From NCBI GenBank assembly GCA_051362555.1, contig CM120648.1, forward strand, positions 11,776,587 to 11,840,586: 64,000 bases of DNA, in the 5' to 3' direction. The first letter of the stretch is position 1. Every line of letters begins with the position of its first letter. This stretch comes from Lingula anatina (Eukaryota; Animalia; Brachiopoda). Made by a program: the position numbers and the translations under genes. Positions 49,801-62,251 of the stretch are shown here, piece after piece. A model generated the notes under the pieces. That model had not been told where the DNA came from. It worked only from the letters and a program-made list of their open reading frames with translations, and did no database searches.

Positions 49801-52613
49801 TGAGAGGGATAATGATAATTTACTGGGACATCTTTTCACTGCCTGCCAGCAGAGTAAGTTACACATTTCACTGTTAAATATACAATATAGTGTTTTTTTT
49901 TATTATTTCACTGGTAAAGATAGTTGTGTAAAAACATATGAATGTGAATGTCAGTTTCAAAAGACTTCACTGTCATCCTTAAACTTTTCTTTACATAAAA
50001 TTGCAGGTCATTTTTTTTTATTTCAAGACAAACTAGTGTTTTATGAAGTGAGACCTTTGCTTTTCTTCTTGCAACCCCCCCCCCCCACCCACCCACCCAC
50101 CCAAGCTTCACCATCCTGATGATACCTATTTGTAATCTTTATGTCACTATTTTTAGCCAAGACAATAGACCGCCTCCTACAGTTACCACTCACAGACGGG
50201 GAGGAGAGACAGCTGTTACAATATCTGCGCGACAGCAAGGAAACACGCAACATGGAGATCCTCATGCTGCATTTTCTGCAACGTGCACGCTATGTGGAGG
50301 CCATACGACTCAACGAAAAACTGGGACAGACTTTGCTTGTGAGTTGTTGCTTGGTTATGTAACCACTTATCCATAGAAGATATCAAGAGAGCTTCCCTTC
50401 CTCCAATACAAAATAATTTTTTTAAAAAAGGAGATTTTTAAAATATTAAGTATAATTTAGGTATTTAGAAATCATTGTCTTACCTTTTTGACTCTTAAAT
50501 GCACAGATTTCATCAAAACTGCCAGCCTGGTTCTATAAATGTTGACCAGAAGTCATCAGATTTTTATATGAGTGCTTCCAGTGTGTAGGGATAAAAAAAA
50601 AAAAGATGAGTATTTGCAGTATTTAGGATATGTAACGCAGCTAAACCAAAATCTTCCAAATTATTAAGTTCAACCTCACTTACCAAAGTAAAAAAAGTAA
50701 ATTAATTACTATTGAAGTGAAAATGGATGTGGATGTTTCAGATCTGCCTTTGGTTTTGGTCTTTTATTTAGGCCTTTTCACTACTTAGCAGATAATCTGG
50801 CTCCATTTTACAAGTTTCTCAGTTATTGACAGATTCTGAGTTCGATGGTGAGAATAAACACTTGGTTATTTCTTCCTATTTTTCCTACAGCACGAGAGTG
50901 ACCCTAAGACCAGGGAGAGAGCTGCCGCCAGGAACTCCATTGTGGAGTGTTACTCCAAGGTCCTGCCCAGCGTCCAGAGAAAACTGACCTTTGGCAGTGA
51001 CCACAGACCTAAGAAGACCATGCATCTGACCAGGAGAGAAAGTATGTGGAGTGTATTTTCTTGAGATTAACTTTATTACGAGATATTTGTCTTATTCTGG
51101 CCTTGTCACTGAAGCTGTGTGGCTGTCTTTTTGTCACAGTTACTTTAAAGGTACATACGAACCGAGCATCGGTGGAGCGTGGATTCCCAGTAACACGTAA
51201 ACCACTTCTACTAGTTTCTTATACAACTCAAATAAATTCAACATGCCAAGGGATAAAGTGAATAAATCACCCGATCAGCCATAAAAAAGCTTTAGACTGC
51301 TCCTTTCTTTCAATTTTTGGTTGGAAATTTAACCTACTTTAGTGACCTGCTTTTCTGCCCCATTGACATACAGCATGGAATGCTAGCCGAAAAATCTGTT
51401 CAAACATTGTTTTCAGGTAAAATTAAGCAATGCCTTTTGGTAATTCTCTTGGTTATACTACTTAAAACTACATGCTAGCATTTGGTCATGTTTTGTGAAA
51501 AAAAATTGACTTTGTATGCATCTTTAAAGTTAACAGATATATTTTCACTTGAAATCATGGTAAAACTGTTTTCTGGTGTCTTATATTACTCTCAGATTTG
51601 TGACTCTGGTAATTTATTAATCTATTTAGGTATGTATTTATTTGTTTATTTATTTATAGTTCAGCGACCCCGTCCCCTGTCAACAGTAGTGCACCATAAC
51701 AACAACCAAAAAGTAATCTCTAACGCCATGTTGATCAATGCTGTACTGGAGAAGATAGGAGAGACACGACCACTGCCAGAGCAGACTCCTGTCAGGAACA
51801 GGTGAATGAGGGAGGGGAGGGGGGGAATTGAGGGAATGTGAAAAAAAAGGAGAGACGTGGCTGCTGCCACAGCAGACACCTGTCAGGAACAGGTGAAAGA
51901 GGGGGGGCAGGTGGGGGGGGGTGACAGCAGATTGGTTACTTTTACATTCCAGCAAACGGCAGAGGTACTCAACTAATGACTAATAGAATTTGTTCCTTAA
52001 TGTTTGATAAGCAAATTTCATGTACTAAGTCTAAGTAGGAAAGGATTGCTTTATTGGTACAGGAGATGAATTCAAACATGCACAGGAACATGCACATGAT
52101 TACAAATAAGCCTGACAGGCGTTCCACACTAAGACCCCATTCCCATAGATTTTAGACCGATCTATCCCTGTGGGGATTCTCACTAGATTACTGTCAGCTT
52201 AGCCGGCTTAAGCATCTGTCCCGCTTACTAAAAGCTGTAAGGGGGTAATTAACTATGGTGCATGCTAGGCTGACAGCAATTTAGCGTGAACCCCCAGGGA
52301 GTTAGGTCGATCTAAATCTAAATCTCTGGATCGATTTAAATCTCTGGGAATGCACCCTAATACACACCAGCATACGCTCATGCACACAACAGTCTGTTAT
52401 TGCACACAAGCACATGGGTCTCTGCAGTTACTCATGGTACACACTCCATTTCATGTATTTCCAGACCGCAGCCTTCTGACGCAGCACTGGGTCCCTTCAT
52501 CTGTACTCCTGTCACGCCCAGAGCCAAGTCTAACCTTATCAGGTAATAATAATAATAATAATAATAATAAGTGTTAAAAAGTGGAAAGATAACTGGCCAG
52601 ATTTATGTTTTGG

Positions 52614-52675
<62 letters not shown>

Positions 52676-53277
52676 GTACTTGTTACAAAACTAGTCGTCC
52701 ACTATATGTTAATCAGGGATATCAGAGAAAATACCACATTATGCTGCTTGCACTTTTAATCTTCATAGTTTATTGTTCCATGCAACTGTTTTCTATATGA
52801 GTGAAATCATTCAGATAGTGTACCTTGATATCTAGAGACTTTGAAAAAGAAGGAAAAAACCAAAGAGTTGTGCTGTATTCTCTAGTATCTTTATGAAGGA
52901 ATATTTTCTTGTTCTCTCTGCAGTGAAGACATGGAGATCGTATACCCCAGCATACAGAGGGACGCCAGGACGGAGGAGAGATCCAGAACAGTGTCACCTG
53001 TGAAGAAAATGGTGACAGGATTAATGCCTCAGACATCGCTGGCTTCACCTGTTACAGCAAAGAACCAGAATGTCAACAGGTAAACTCCTTAGACAACAAC
53101 AGCTGTCAGATGTGCAGACTTGGATATTTTCTGAATGCTTTATCTCCATCTAAAATAATTGGAAAAGATGTTTAAGTTAACTTTGTGCTGAAATTTTTTC
53201 GACTGCAAGTTGCCTCCTTGGAGTTATTGTCCTTGTTTGGTCACTTACTGGTTCTTACATTTAAAAAAATTTTGTTT

Positions 53278-53320
<43 letters not shown>

Positions 53321-56300
53321 CAGGATACTAAGTACAGAAGCCCTCTCCCTTCTTCAAACACCCCCTGTAAAGAGAAGAACACCCCCGACGTTGAAGAAGC
53401 TGACGTCACTCCAGCATACTCCTCAGTCCATTCTCAAAGTTCGTCAGGTGGTCAAGCGTTCACCAAGTCCGAGCCCGCTTCAGCAGGACCAGCCACAGAC
53501 CATTAAGAGACTCTGTAAGTGCTAGCTGTCAGTTTGTACTATTCACTTATCCACCAGATGGGAAATATTTTTTTCTTAGATTGTAGATTATTTTGCTCAA
53601 GAATATTATTTTGATTGTTCCATTTTTTTCTCAATTCTACAATTGATCTTTAACAGCAATATTAAATAGTGTTAATAACTTTTTAGATTTACTTTAAAAA
53701 CTAATAAAAATGGTTGATTTTTCTTTTTTATGTTCCTCTTTTTATTTCACTGATACATTTTTTAGTCATTCTAAATTGAAAATATATTTTCAGTGAGCAG
53801 TAGACAAGAAATAAAACTTTTAACATGACATATTTTTTTTTTTTTCCCAGCATTCCTCAATGCTGACCTCGCTCTGGAGACTCCACCCAGGTATCAGAGG
53901 AAGAAGGTCGAGGTCAGAAAAACCAAGGTCAAGGACACTCCAAAGCACCTGAGGTTTGCAGGCCTGTCCACACCGTCACCAGAACCAAGTCCACCAAAGG
54001 CGCCGTCTCCACGTAGAACACGCCGTCGAAGTCCGACACCAGAAAGGTAGGTTGAAGAGAAAGAAAGTTGCGACCTGTATGCAGCTGGAGAGATAAGATG
54101 GAACAATTGACTTTGGCGACTTTTTAAATTTTTAAAGTATTGAGAATCAAGTGGTACTTTTGTAGAAATGTATACAATTGTGTAATTGTTCATTTCATTT
54201 GATTTTTTATTGCGGTAGTTGTGATAAATGGTTTCATGATTAAAAAACTTGTCATAATAGATAATTTCCCCAAGTCCTTGGTATCTTAAAAAAAATTAAG
54301 AGAGAAATATTGGTCTTGACAACTCAACATATAATTACAGTAACCTGCTTTGTCATACTCTCTCCCCCAGCGGCCTGCATAGAATCTCTTTGACAATAGG
54401 GCGAGGGGGGGGGCTTGTTTTCACATTTCAGATTTTGGGTTACTCGTCAGTCCTAAATGCAGGTAATGTACCAAATTTGGGCATGACTTGATTATCTTTC
54501 TTTCATCTTTATTGATTTTTATGTACAGACACAGATGTGTCTGTACATATTGCCATCACCTGCGTCTGTCGTCGCCGATCATGTCGCCGTCGCCGTCGCC
54601 GTGCACTTTCAGCGTTAACACCATAAGTGGAAGACAGTTTTACTTTTTGGCTTTATATTTACAGAGCTGACTAATATTCATAAAACGCAGGTCAAGTTCG
54701 AAAATCAGCATGATCGGGCCATTATTGTAGAATTTATGCTGTTTTTTTACTTTTTAGCATATATGCAACACTGTTAACACATTTCAAGGAAAACCGATGG
54801 GCCTGTTGTCATGAAACTCACAGGAGTAATTATTCTTACTAAAACACAGGTCAAATTCGAAAATTGGCATGATCGGGCCACTTTTTTAGTAGTTATGCTG
54901 TTTTTTTTCACTTTTTAGCATATATGCAACACTGTTAACACATTTCAAGGAAAACCGATGGGCCTGTTGTCATGAAACTCACAGGAGTAATCATTCTTAC
55001 TAAAACACAGGTCAAGTTCGAAAATCAGCATAATCGGGCCATTATTTTATAAGTTATGCTGTTTTTTCACATTTCCTCAGATTCAATTCTTAGGCATGTT
55101 AACAGTCTCATTATTTAACTAATAAGATTCACAAAAGTGTTTGTTTGACATTTCCTGCATCTTTACAACATTGTTAGTTGATTATGTAAAAATGATGGTA
55201 AACTTGGTATCATGTATTGTATAATAGAGTTTCAAAAATGGAAATAAACTCATATCATCGCAGTTTGTCAGATTTAATCATTCACTATGTTCAGAAACTC
55301 CTAATGGAGGAAGTTGGACATTAAACACTGTTCTATTGATATTTTTCCCATCTCATCAATTTTCTCAGTTGATCATATAAAAATGGCAGTAAATTGTTAA
55401 ATTTTGTTATATGTAAAAAAATTGTTAAAAATGGAAAAAAACACATTTCAGGACAGTGCTGTCTTGTCTACATTTTGGCATTTTCAAGGTGTGACTTTGA
55501 AGTTCCATGGGCCTGAAGACCTTTGCTAGGCACATTTTCTGAATATCCATGATATTAATATTTTATTATTAAAAATTGATGGTTATTATCCTGTTAAACA
55601 TTATGTAATATTGCATCAAAATTTGAAGAAACCCCTATTTTGGACACTGCCCTCATGATGACCATTTAAGGAAAACCATGTCACTTACTGTTCTCAAACT
55701 TACAGGAAGAAACATGGGACTTAAATAAAGCTTCAGTGGGCAATGTAGTCTATTTGGTAAATTTTTCTGGCAGTTAATCAGTCTTTTGTGAAAATTTAAT
55801 TTTTCACATATTGGCATTTTCAAGGTGTGACTTAGAACCTCCACGGGCTCTAAGACCCATGCTAGTCACATTTTCTGAAAATCCATGATACTGATCTTTT
55901 ATTATTAAAAACTGATGGTTATATGCTGTCAAGCATTATGTAATATTGCATTAAAATAGAAGAAAACACAATTTTGGGTGCTGCTGCCATGATGACCATT
56001 ATGGGAAAACCACGTTACTTATGATTGTCAAACTTTCAAAAAAGAAACAAAGGACTAAAATGCAGCCTGAGTTGGAAAAGCAGTCTAATTGGCTTCTTTT
56101 TAGTGAAATATTTATTTTTATCATGTTGGCATTATCATTGTGGGACTCGAAGCTCCCATGGACATGAAGCCAAATGGTAATCAAATTTTCTACATGTCCA
56201 TGCTATTTATAGTCAATAATCAAAAATTGGCGATAATTATTCTGTAATTTATTATGTAATGTTACATCAAAATTGACAAAAATCTTTTTGCACTGCTACT

Positions 56301-59300
56301 ACAAACATGAAAAGAAAACTGTGTTACTTATTATTATTTTCAACTTACAAGTATGATTTGTAGGATTGGCATGCAGTTCAAATAAGAAAGCCAGCTCAAA
56401 TGGGTTTTCATTTATTATTGAATTTAAGCAGTTTTATGTGAAATTTTCATTTTTCTCATTCTGGCATTTTCAAAGTGTGAACTAGTACTCCCATGGGCCT
56501 GAAGCCTTACGCTTGTTACACATTTCACTTACATTGGTATTACCTGTTGAGCATAATTAAAATTTGATGTTGAATTTGCAGTTAGGCATAATGTACTTTT
56601 GCATCAGAATTGACAGTGGCCTATTTTGTGCATTGTTATTGTCTGCTTTTTGTCTGTACATTTGACAGCTTTGCTGCCTTGTTTTTTCATTGATTGTTGT
56701 CTTTTGTCTCTTCAAAAGGACGCCACCAGAGCAGGTTACAGTAAGCTCTCGTAGACCCCTGAGAAATGACACAGACGAGGAACAGACGCCCACTGGCAGT
56801 CAGAAAAAGACCAGTGTCGACATTGCTGACGATGACATACAAGTCGTCGACGCAGAAGTCACGTTTAACTTTGACAAATCAAAACAGGAAGAGGCAATAG
56901 CAGATGGTAAATACTTAAATATCCTCGGAATGCTTTATCTGAATCAGCATTTGAAGGACCTATTTGTTACCCTCTTAGAGAGAAGTTTGAATAATTGACT
57001 GCATTTGCAATGTAAAGAATGAAGTGGTAGTTTTGCAATTTGTACATTTATGTAATTTTTAATTCTTTAAAATTTTGTCATGTAAGGAAACACGTGATAA
57101 GATTGAGATTTTGCAGAGAGATGTTATCTGGTGTTTCAGTTTTGTAATTTTGATATTTGTTACACATGACAGTGAAATAGATACAGCAAACAACACTTTG
57201 GTCAGTGAAACACTTTGTACTGTTTAACATTATCTGAGGTATAACCACATATCTGAAACTAAAATTAATCTGTCACTTTGACTTCCAGAGGAAGCAATGG
57301 AGACCAGTGAAGGCGATGGTTCTTCCATAGTAACATCCACTACCTCTGCTGGACTTGGTCATCAAAGGGTCAGTTTCCAGTTAGAGAATAACTATGAGGA
57401 ACAGGTGCTTGTCTCAGGTGATAGGGACTCACCTCCAACTGTGGACTTGACCACAACAGAAACGGAGTCAGGAGAGGCCAGTCTGGCTCCTTCCAGTAGT
57501 GAACCTCTTCCAAATTTGGAGGAAGAAAAGATGGACATTGATGAAAATGCTGAGTCATCTGTTCCTTCGGAATATGATAAAAATATGTCAGAGAAGATAA
57601 AACTTCAAGCTGGGTCAGTGCTGAGGGAAGATGAAACTGTGACATTAGCACCTTTGGTTGTGATTCCTCCGGATTCTGTCACCAGTTTGGAACAGCCGTC
57701 GCCAGTCAGGAGGTCCCCAAGATTTGCTCATTCTGAAATATCTGAACAGGTAGGTCAAGTTAAAGTAAAAATAGTTTGAAGAAGGAGAAGATTTTATGTT
57801 ACACCATTTTGAAATAGAAAGTTCAGTGCTGGAGATTAGTTGTGATCATGTAAAAGAGTAGATAGAAAGTGTTGTCCGAATCCTACACTCTGGACATTCT
57901 TTTAATTGTTTGAAATTCTTGGGACATTTTGTAAAAAAAAAAACTTTATTTCTCTACTTTTTTAATTCAACAAGGTCAACAACTTCAGAGCAAGACCCTA
58001 GGTTTAACACCAGAAAAATTTCGTTAAAACCAACATTCTTTATTTATTTAAAAATTTTTTTTTCAGACCTCGGAGTTCAAAACTCCGCCCCGACCGTCCC
58101 ATCTCTCTCCACGTCCCATCTCCCTGCCAGCTCTTCCCACACCTCCAGAGTCAGTGAGAGGCTCACCAACCAGGTCTCCCAGCAGACTGCTTAGACAGGT
58201 GAGTAGTTAAAGGAACAAGGACTCTATATTTCACAATAAATGCATTGTTAACAACTCATAGAAATATACTACATCCTATTTTACCACAGTTATAGCAAGT
58301 AACCTGAAATCTGTGCTTGTCATCACACCACATGACCTTCATAGATGGCTATACTCTGAAATAATCTCTTAAGAAAATATTACAAAAAAAACTTTGTAGA
58401 AAAAAAACAGTGACTGACTTTGAATGTCAAATTGATTCATTAACCATTGGCAATTATGGGGAAATTGCTGTTTACCCCAGAAAATTAATTTTTTTGTCCA
58501 AAATGAACAGTTGTTATCCTTTTAACTAGGGCAAGTTTCTCATTTGAATTAAACCCTCATTTGAACTTGAGACTAAAAATAAATTTAAAATTATTGATAA
58601 TTTGTCTTGGTATACTTACACAATACATTTTGTATTCTTCTCAGACTTTCAGCATTCTACGTTTCCTATCTCTGTACACTGACAATCTATTTTAACTCAA
58701 CATCCTGCATTTCCTATTTCCGTACATTCTGAAAATCAATTTTGACGTGGACTCTTATGGGATATGCTAGATTCAGATTTACTTAATGACCTGTATTGTA
58801 TTGTATTGTATACATGTATTGTTTCTTGTTTAATGTTAAGCAACTTTCTGTAACCGTATACAACATTTACAGAGATCAGCGTCAAGATCTCCCTCAAAAT
58901 CACCTCCAAGACATGCCCCCGAGATGGAATCCACGATTGCTGCAGAACAGGTCAAAGGTCGCAAGTCCCCATCCAGGACCCGAAAGTCGCCAAGCAGGTC
59001 CAGAACTCCAGAAAGGAAAGCTCCTAGTCCAACCCGCACAAGAGGGAGTTCAGAAAGTCCTTCAGGTTCGCCTCTGTCTCAGGAAGCAAGGGCAGCAAGT
59101 CCTTCTAGAACAATTCAGTCAAAGGGAAGGAAATCCCCAAGTCGGGGCACTAAGTCCCCTAGTAGATCTAAATCTCCTGTCAAAGACAAAGATCAAGCAG
59201 CAGAAAATGTAGAGGATGTTGGTGAAAAAAGTCCTACTAGAAGAACTAGGAAGTCACCGGCAAGATCAAAATCGCCAGAGAAACTATCAATAAGTCCAAG

Positions 59301-62251
59301 AAGAACGCGGGGCAGTACACCTAGTAGATCGGATTCCCCTGAAAAAGATCAAATATCACGTCGAACTCGCGGCAGCACACCTACCAGAACTGAACTTCCA
59401 GAAGGAGAACAACAAATATCAAGGAGAACTCGTGGTAGTACACCGAGCAGGACAGAATCCCCTGAGAGAGTGCCTCAAAGTCCAGGAACAGGCAGAAACC
59501 AGAGACAGAGTAGCAAATCTACAGAATCTAAGACTTCGCCAAGTAGGCCAAGGTCACCTGAGGTCAAACCCAAGAGCCCTGGGAGGGGCAGAAAAACTCC
59601 AGCAAAAAGTGTTGCTGGCAAGGAAAAGGACAGGACACCTAGTCCCTCTAAATCCCCACAGGGGGCACCACTTGGCAGTAGACTGAGGACAAGAAAAGCC
59701 ACTGAAAGTAACGTTCCAACAGAGGGCAGCACGGAGACACTCAGTGATAAGGACAAATCTCCGGACTCTCATGCTCCTGTTACTAGGGCTAAAAGCCCAG
59801 CCAGGATGAGAAAAACACCTGCAGAAAACTTGAAAAAATCTGTGATAATTGAGGTCGACAATTTGACATCTGAAGGGTCGCCTGAAGTCGTGCTCAAGAG
59901 CCCAAGTCGGCAGCGTAAATCTGGAAGGAGAGGAAAAAAGACTTCAAGTGCAAAAGAACCCAGTACATCAGAAAAGTCTTCCGAGGAGACGGAGACAGAG
60001 ACAGAGAAAGAAACGGTCCCTCAGGCTAAAAGTCCCTCCAGGAAGGGGAGAAAGTCCCCCAGTCGGTCCCCAGCTGCCCCTCAGACCACAGAAGTACCTA
60101 AGGAGGAGGTGAAAAATACCGCAACCGTTCCCAAAAGTGTTCCCAGGAGGGCCACCAGGGCCACTAGAGCCAGCAGTGTGGACTCTGAAGTCACTGGTAA
60201 GATTTAAAAAAAAAAAGTCTCAGATGAATGAAGTAAAATATATTTTCATTTTATTATACATTTATGTGAAAGATACAAAAAAAAATTAATTCCTGTGATA
60301 CTCTATAAAACATGATTTCAGTGATGATAATGATATAATGTTAGTTATCTAAAGTTTTAAGTCCTTTTAAAATGTTCATTAGACTTTACAGAGTAATAAT
60401 TTAAGGAATTCATGCACAATTATAATCAGAGAAAAATAGGCATTTGAAATAGTAAGATAATATATATAAATAAACTCCACTGAAAATAAAGAAATAATCC
60501 TGATCAATGTGATTATTTTAGACAATGATGTCCCTGCTCAACACTCAGAGGTGGAAGAGACCCCAGTGACATCACGAGCAAAATCAGTGAAAAAGATTGG
60601 CGCCAAAACCAAGGCTACAGGTAGAAGTCCTGCCAGGACACGTAAGGCGAAGAAGTCCGAGGAAAAAGGCAAGAAAAAATTTAGAACTATGAATTATGTG
60701 GATGATTTTGAGTTGCAGTGGTTTTTTTTCAGCTAATTTAACAATAGACACAGATTGAATTGGTGTGCTTTGCTGTGTTATGTAGTTTTAATTGGGAATT
60801 GTTAAAATTAAGAATTCCTTTATGATATTGGCATATTTGTACAATCAGCACCAATTACAGCAGTTTTGCCATTATTTAAATAGTTTGGTTTTTTTAAAGA
60901 CACGTTTTGCTTACAGTCACTATACTACTAAGGATTATAATATGAGTTTGATGTGTGTGTGTTTTTATTATTTATTCTAACAGAACAACTACAGTTCACA
61001 TTTTCTGAGCCTACAGTGATCCCCCATGATTTAGGTAAGATGGCTGTAGCCTGTTTCACAAAGTCTAAAGACATTTTAGGTCTTTGGTGGAACAGACTGC
61101 CAGTGATTTTAGTCCAATTCCTCAATATTTATCCAATTAGCAGTATGTGATAATGTTTGGTTTTCTGAGCTTGTAACGTAGAACTTTGTACTAAACTGAA
61201 GTTTGATTTGCCATAATTTACTACTACTGCCCTCTTTTGTTGCAGATGAGAATTGACATTCTTAAAACTTTTTTTCATACATGCATTCCTGCAAGATATT
61301 ATTTTATAGTATGTTTGCCTGTTTTTGAATGCCTAGAGAATATGTTTAAACCTTCACAACTGTCTTTGCTGTCAGTGTTTCTACTTTTCCTTATTTTATT
61401 TTAAAGACAAATTATAGCCATTCTTAATAACATTATTTCGTATATTTGTTTGAAAAATTTGAAGTCACATTTAGTGTCTTAATTGTCTGTTGTCATCATG
61501 CTGCAGTCTTGTGTAATCTTATTATGAAATGTATTTTAGATTACGGTTTGGCCTCTTCATATTGGTGCATAAGAATAAACAAATAAATAGGTTACAAAAA
61601 ATATGTGCATTTAGCTTAAAAAACTTTGTCTTCTTTGATTTTCATACAGAGAGTCTTCCAGAGAGTCTAGACATGCCAGGGCTGCCGTTTGTCTTCTCCC
61701 CTCCAGTAACCAGGACTCGCTCCCACAAGATGGAGCCACTGGAGGAAGAGGAAGTCATTGAAGGCTCACCACCAGGGGGCGCAAAGACAAAAGCCAAGAA
61801 GGAACCAAAGAAAGCTGCAGCAAAGAAAAATATAAAGTGAGTGAATATGAGACTGTGTGTGTGTCTGTCTGTCACCATCTCAATTTGTTCAATTTTTTTT
61901 GCAGAAATAAAAGCATAAAATCAAAGATTAAAATAATTAACTTGCTTGATGAATATGCTAGATTCTATGGTATGGGGGCTGTTATGCATTTATCATGTTT
62001 TTTTTTTTTTTCACATTTGCACTAACTTTATCTAAGTTTATGGTTAAGCTGTGATTTTGTTTTCCAGAACAAGAAAAACTACAGTTAGCAGTCCATCGGA
62101 CAGTCCAGTTAGTTTGCTATCTCCATCCACAGAAGACCACCAGGAGACATCAGTGCCAGCAAGGACTCGTGTCAGAAGGATGGCATCTCAGAGCCAGTCC
62201 TTGCGACCAAAGACTTCCCCAGCAAAAAAACGAAAAACAGTGAAGAAATGA
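36647..62251 (+). CDS. AHCTF1: Protein ELYS / AT-hook-containing transcription factor 1 (Y-complex nucleoporin, MEL-28 orthologue); 39 coding exons, about 2218 aa
   Basis: Hand-spliced join: 36647-36782,37425-37684,37940-38069,38303-38446,38846-38917,39216-39324,39585-39713,40050-40134,40392-40554,40885-41023,41351-41441,41714-41807,42234-42295,44869-44994,45440-45530,45851-45940,46141-46281,46531-46635,46934-47030,47688-47808,48256-48366,48660-48761,49172-49362,49756-49853,50157-50338,50891-51041,51660-51801,52465-52542,52924-53079,53324-53514,53851-54046,56719-56906,57289-57749,58067-58198,58873-60196,60522-60668,60984-61034,61650-61836,62068-62251. The sum is 6657 nt (a multiple of 3) and phases are consistent; introns are GT-AG except one probable GC-AG. 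Motifs matching vertebrate ELYS as I recall it: MKD..A..TS.L.PF, LLIGLE, SKVVKAV, VTAVEP, DMCLDD, QEPENDPRNFCYLW, FDMNRWYHAQMP, YPPKSLH, IQGFWLLDH, HFLQRARYVEA, TPQSILK. Confidence 0.95.
39071..39170 (-). mobile_element. Terminal ~100-bp fragment of the same HINE-like element
   Basis: gcatcagaattgacagt..tgtgcat..tctgtacatttgacagctttgctgc..gttt aligns with 56583-56684. Confidence 0.75.
42522..44787 (-). mobile_element. Internally deleted Ty3/Gypsy LTR retrotransposon in ELYS intron 13
   Basis: 5' LTR 44787-44583 (TGTA...TACA, internal TATAAAA and AATAAA); PBS TGGCGCAGTCGACAGGATT (44580-44562) complementary to a tRNA-Ser-type 3' end; integrase remnant; last ~22 bp of the 3' LTR at 42522-42543; 4-bp TSD TATG at 42518-42521 and 44788-44791. 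Confidence 0.88.
42544..43629 (-). pseudogene. Frameshifted Gypsy integrase (Zn-binding region, DDE core, C-terminal part)
   Basis: ORFs 43105..43629 (HDDMGRDRT..WPGM..CRSCQ..PMELVSMDF..VTDVFTKYAWA..LHSGQGRNFES) and 42414..43148 (GNAVTERFNRTL..YNCTVHESTGYSPFYLMFGR); frameshift near 43120; second catalytic Asp replaced (consensus LHSDQG, here LHSGQG). Confidence 0.9.
46734..46820. repeat. (CT)n microsatellite
   Basis: Seen directly. Confidence 0.95.
47407..47710 (+). repeat. 82-83-bp tandem repeat (3.5 units) overlapping the acceptor of ELYS exon 20
   Basis: CTGGGTTATTTCAG|TGATATCC with AG ending at 47440, 47522, 47604 and 47687. Confidence 0.92.
51149..51523. mobile_element. Non-autonomous TTAA-targeting DNA transposon (Kolobok-like)
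   Basis: TTAA|AGGTACATACGA ... TTGTATGCATCT|TTAA. Confidence 0.55.
52133..52357 (+). mobile_element. MITE family A copy in ELYS intron 27, TSD TAA
   Basis: Same termini; taa on both flanks. Confidence 0.8.
52544..52675. repeat. Two (AAT)n tracts, the first starting inside the exon 28 donor (GTAATAAT...)
   Basis: Seen directly. Confidence 0.9.
54516..56684 (-). mobile_element. Same HINE-like element, copy 2 (reverse orientation, fewer internal repeats), in ELYS intron 31
   Basis: Reverse complement of copy 1 at both termini and along its length; paired ORF-track entries 5435..5638/55999..56184 and 8357..8629/54488..54670 reflect the homology. Confidence 0.8.

Noticed and set aside
59432-59772. 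Overlapping and antisense ORFs inside the large ELYS exon
   Set aside because: Expected by-products of a long, low-complexity coding exon
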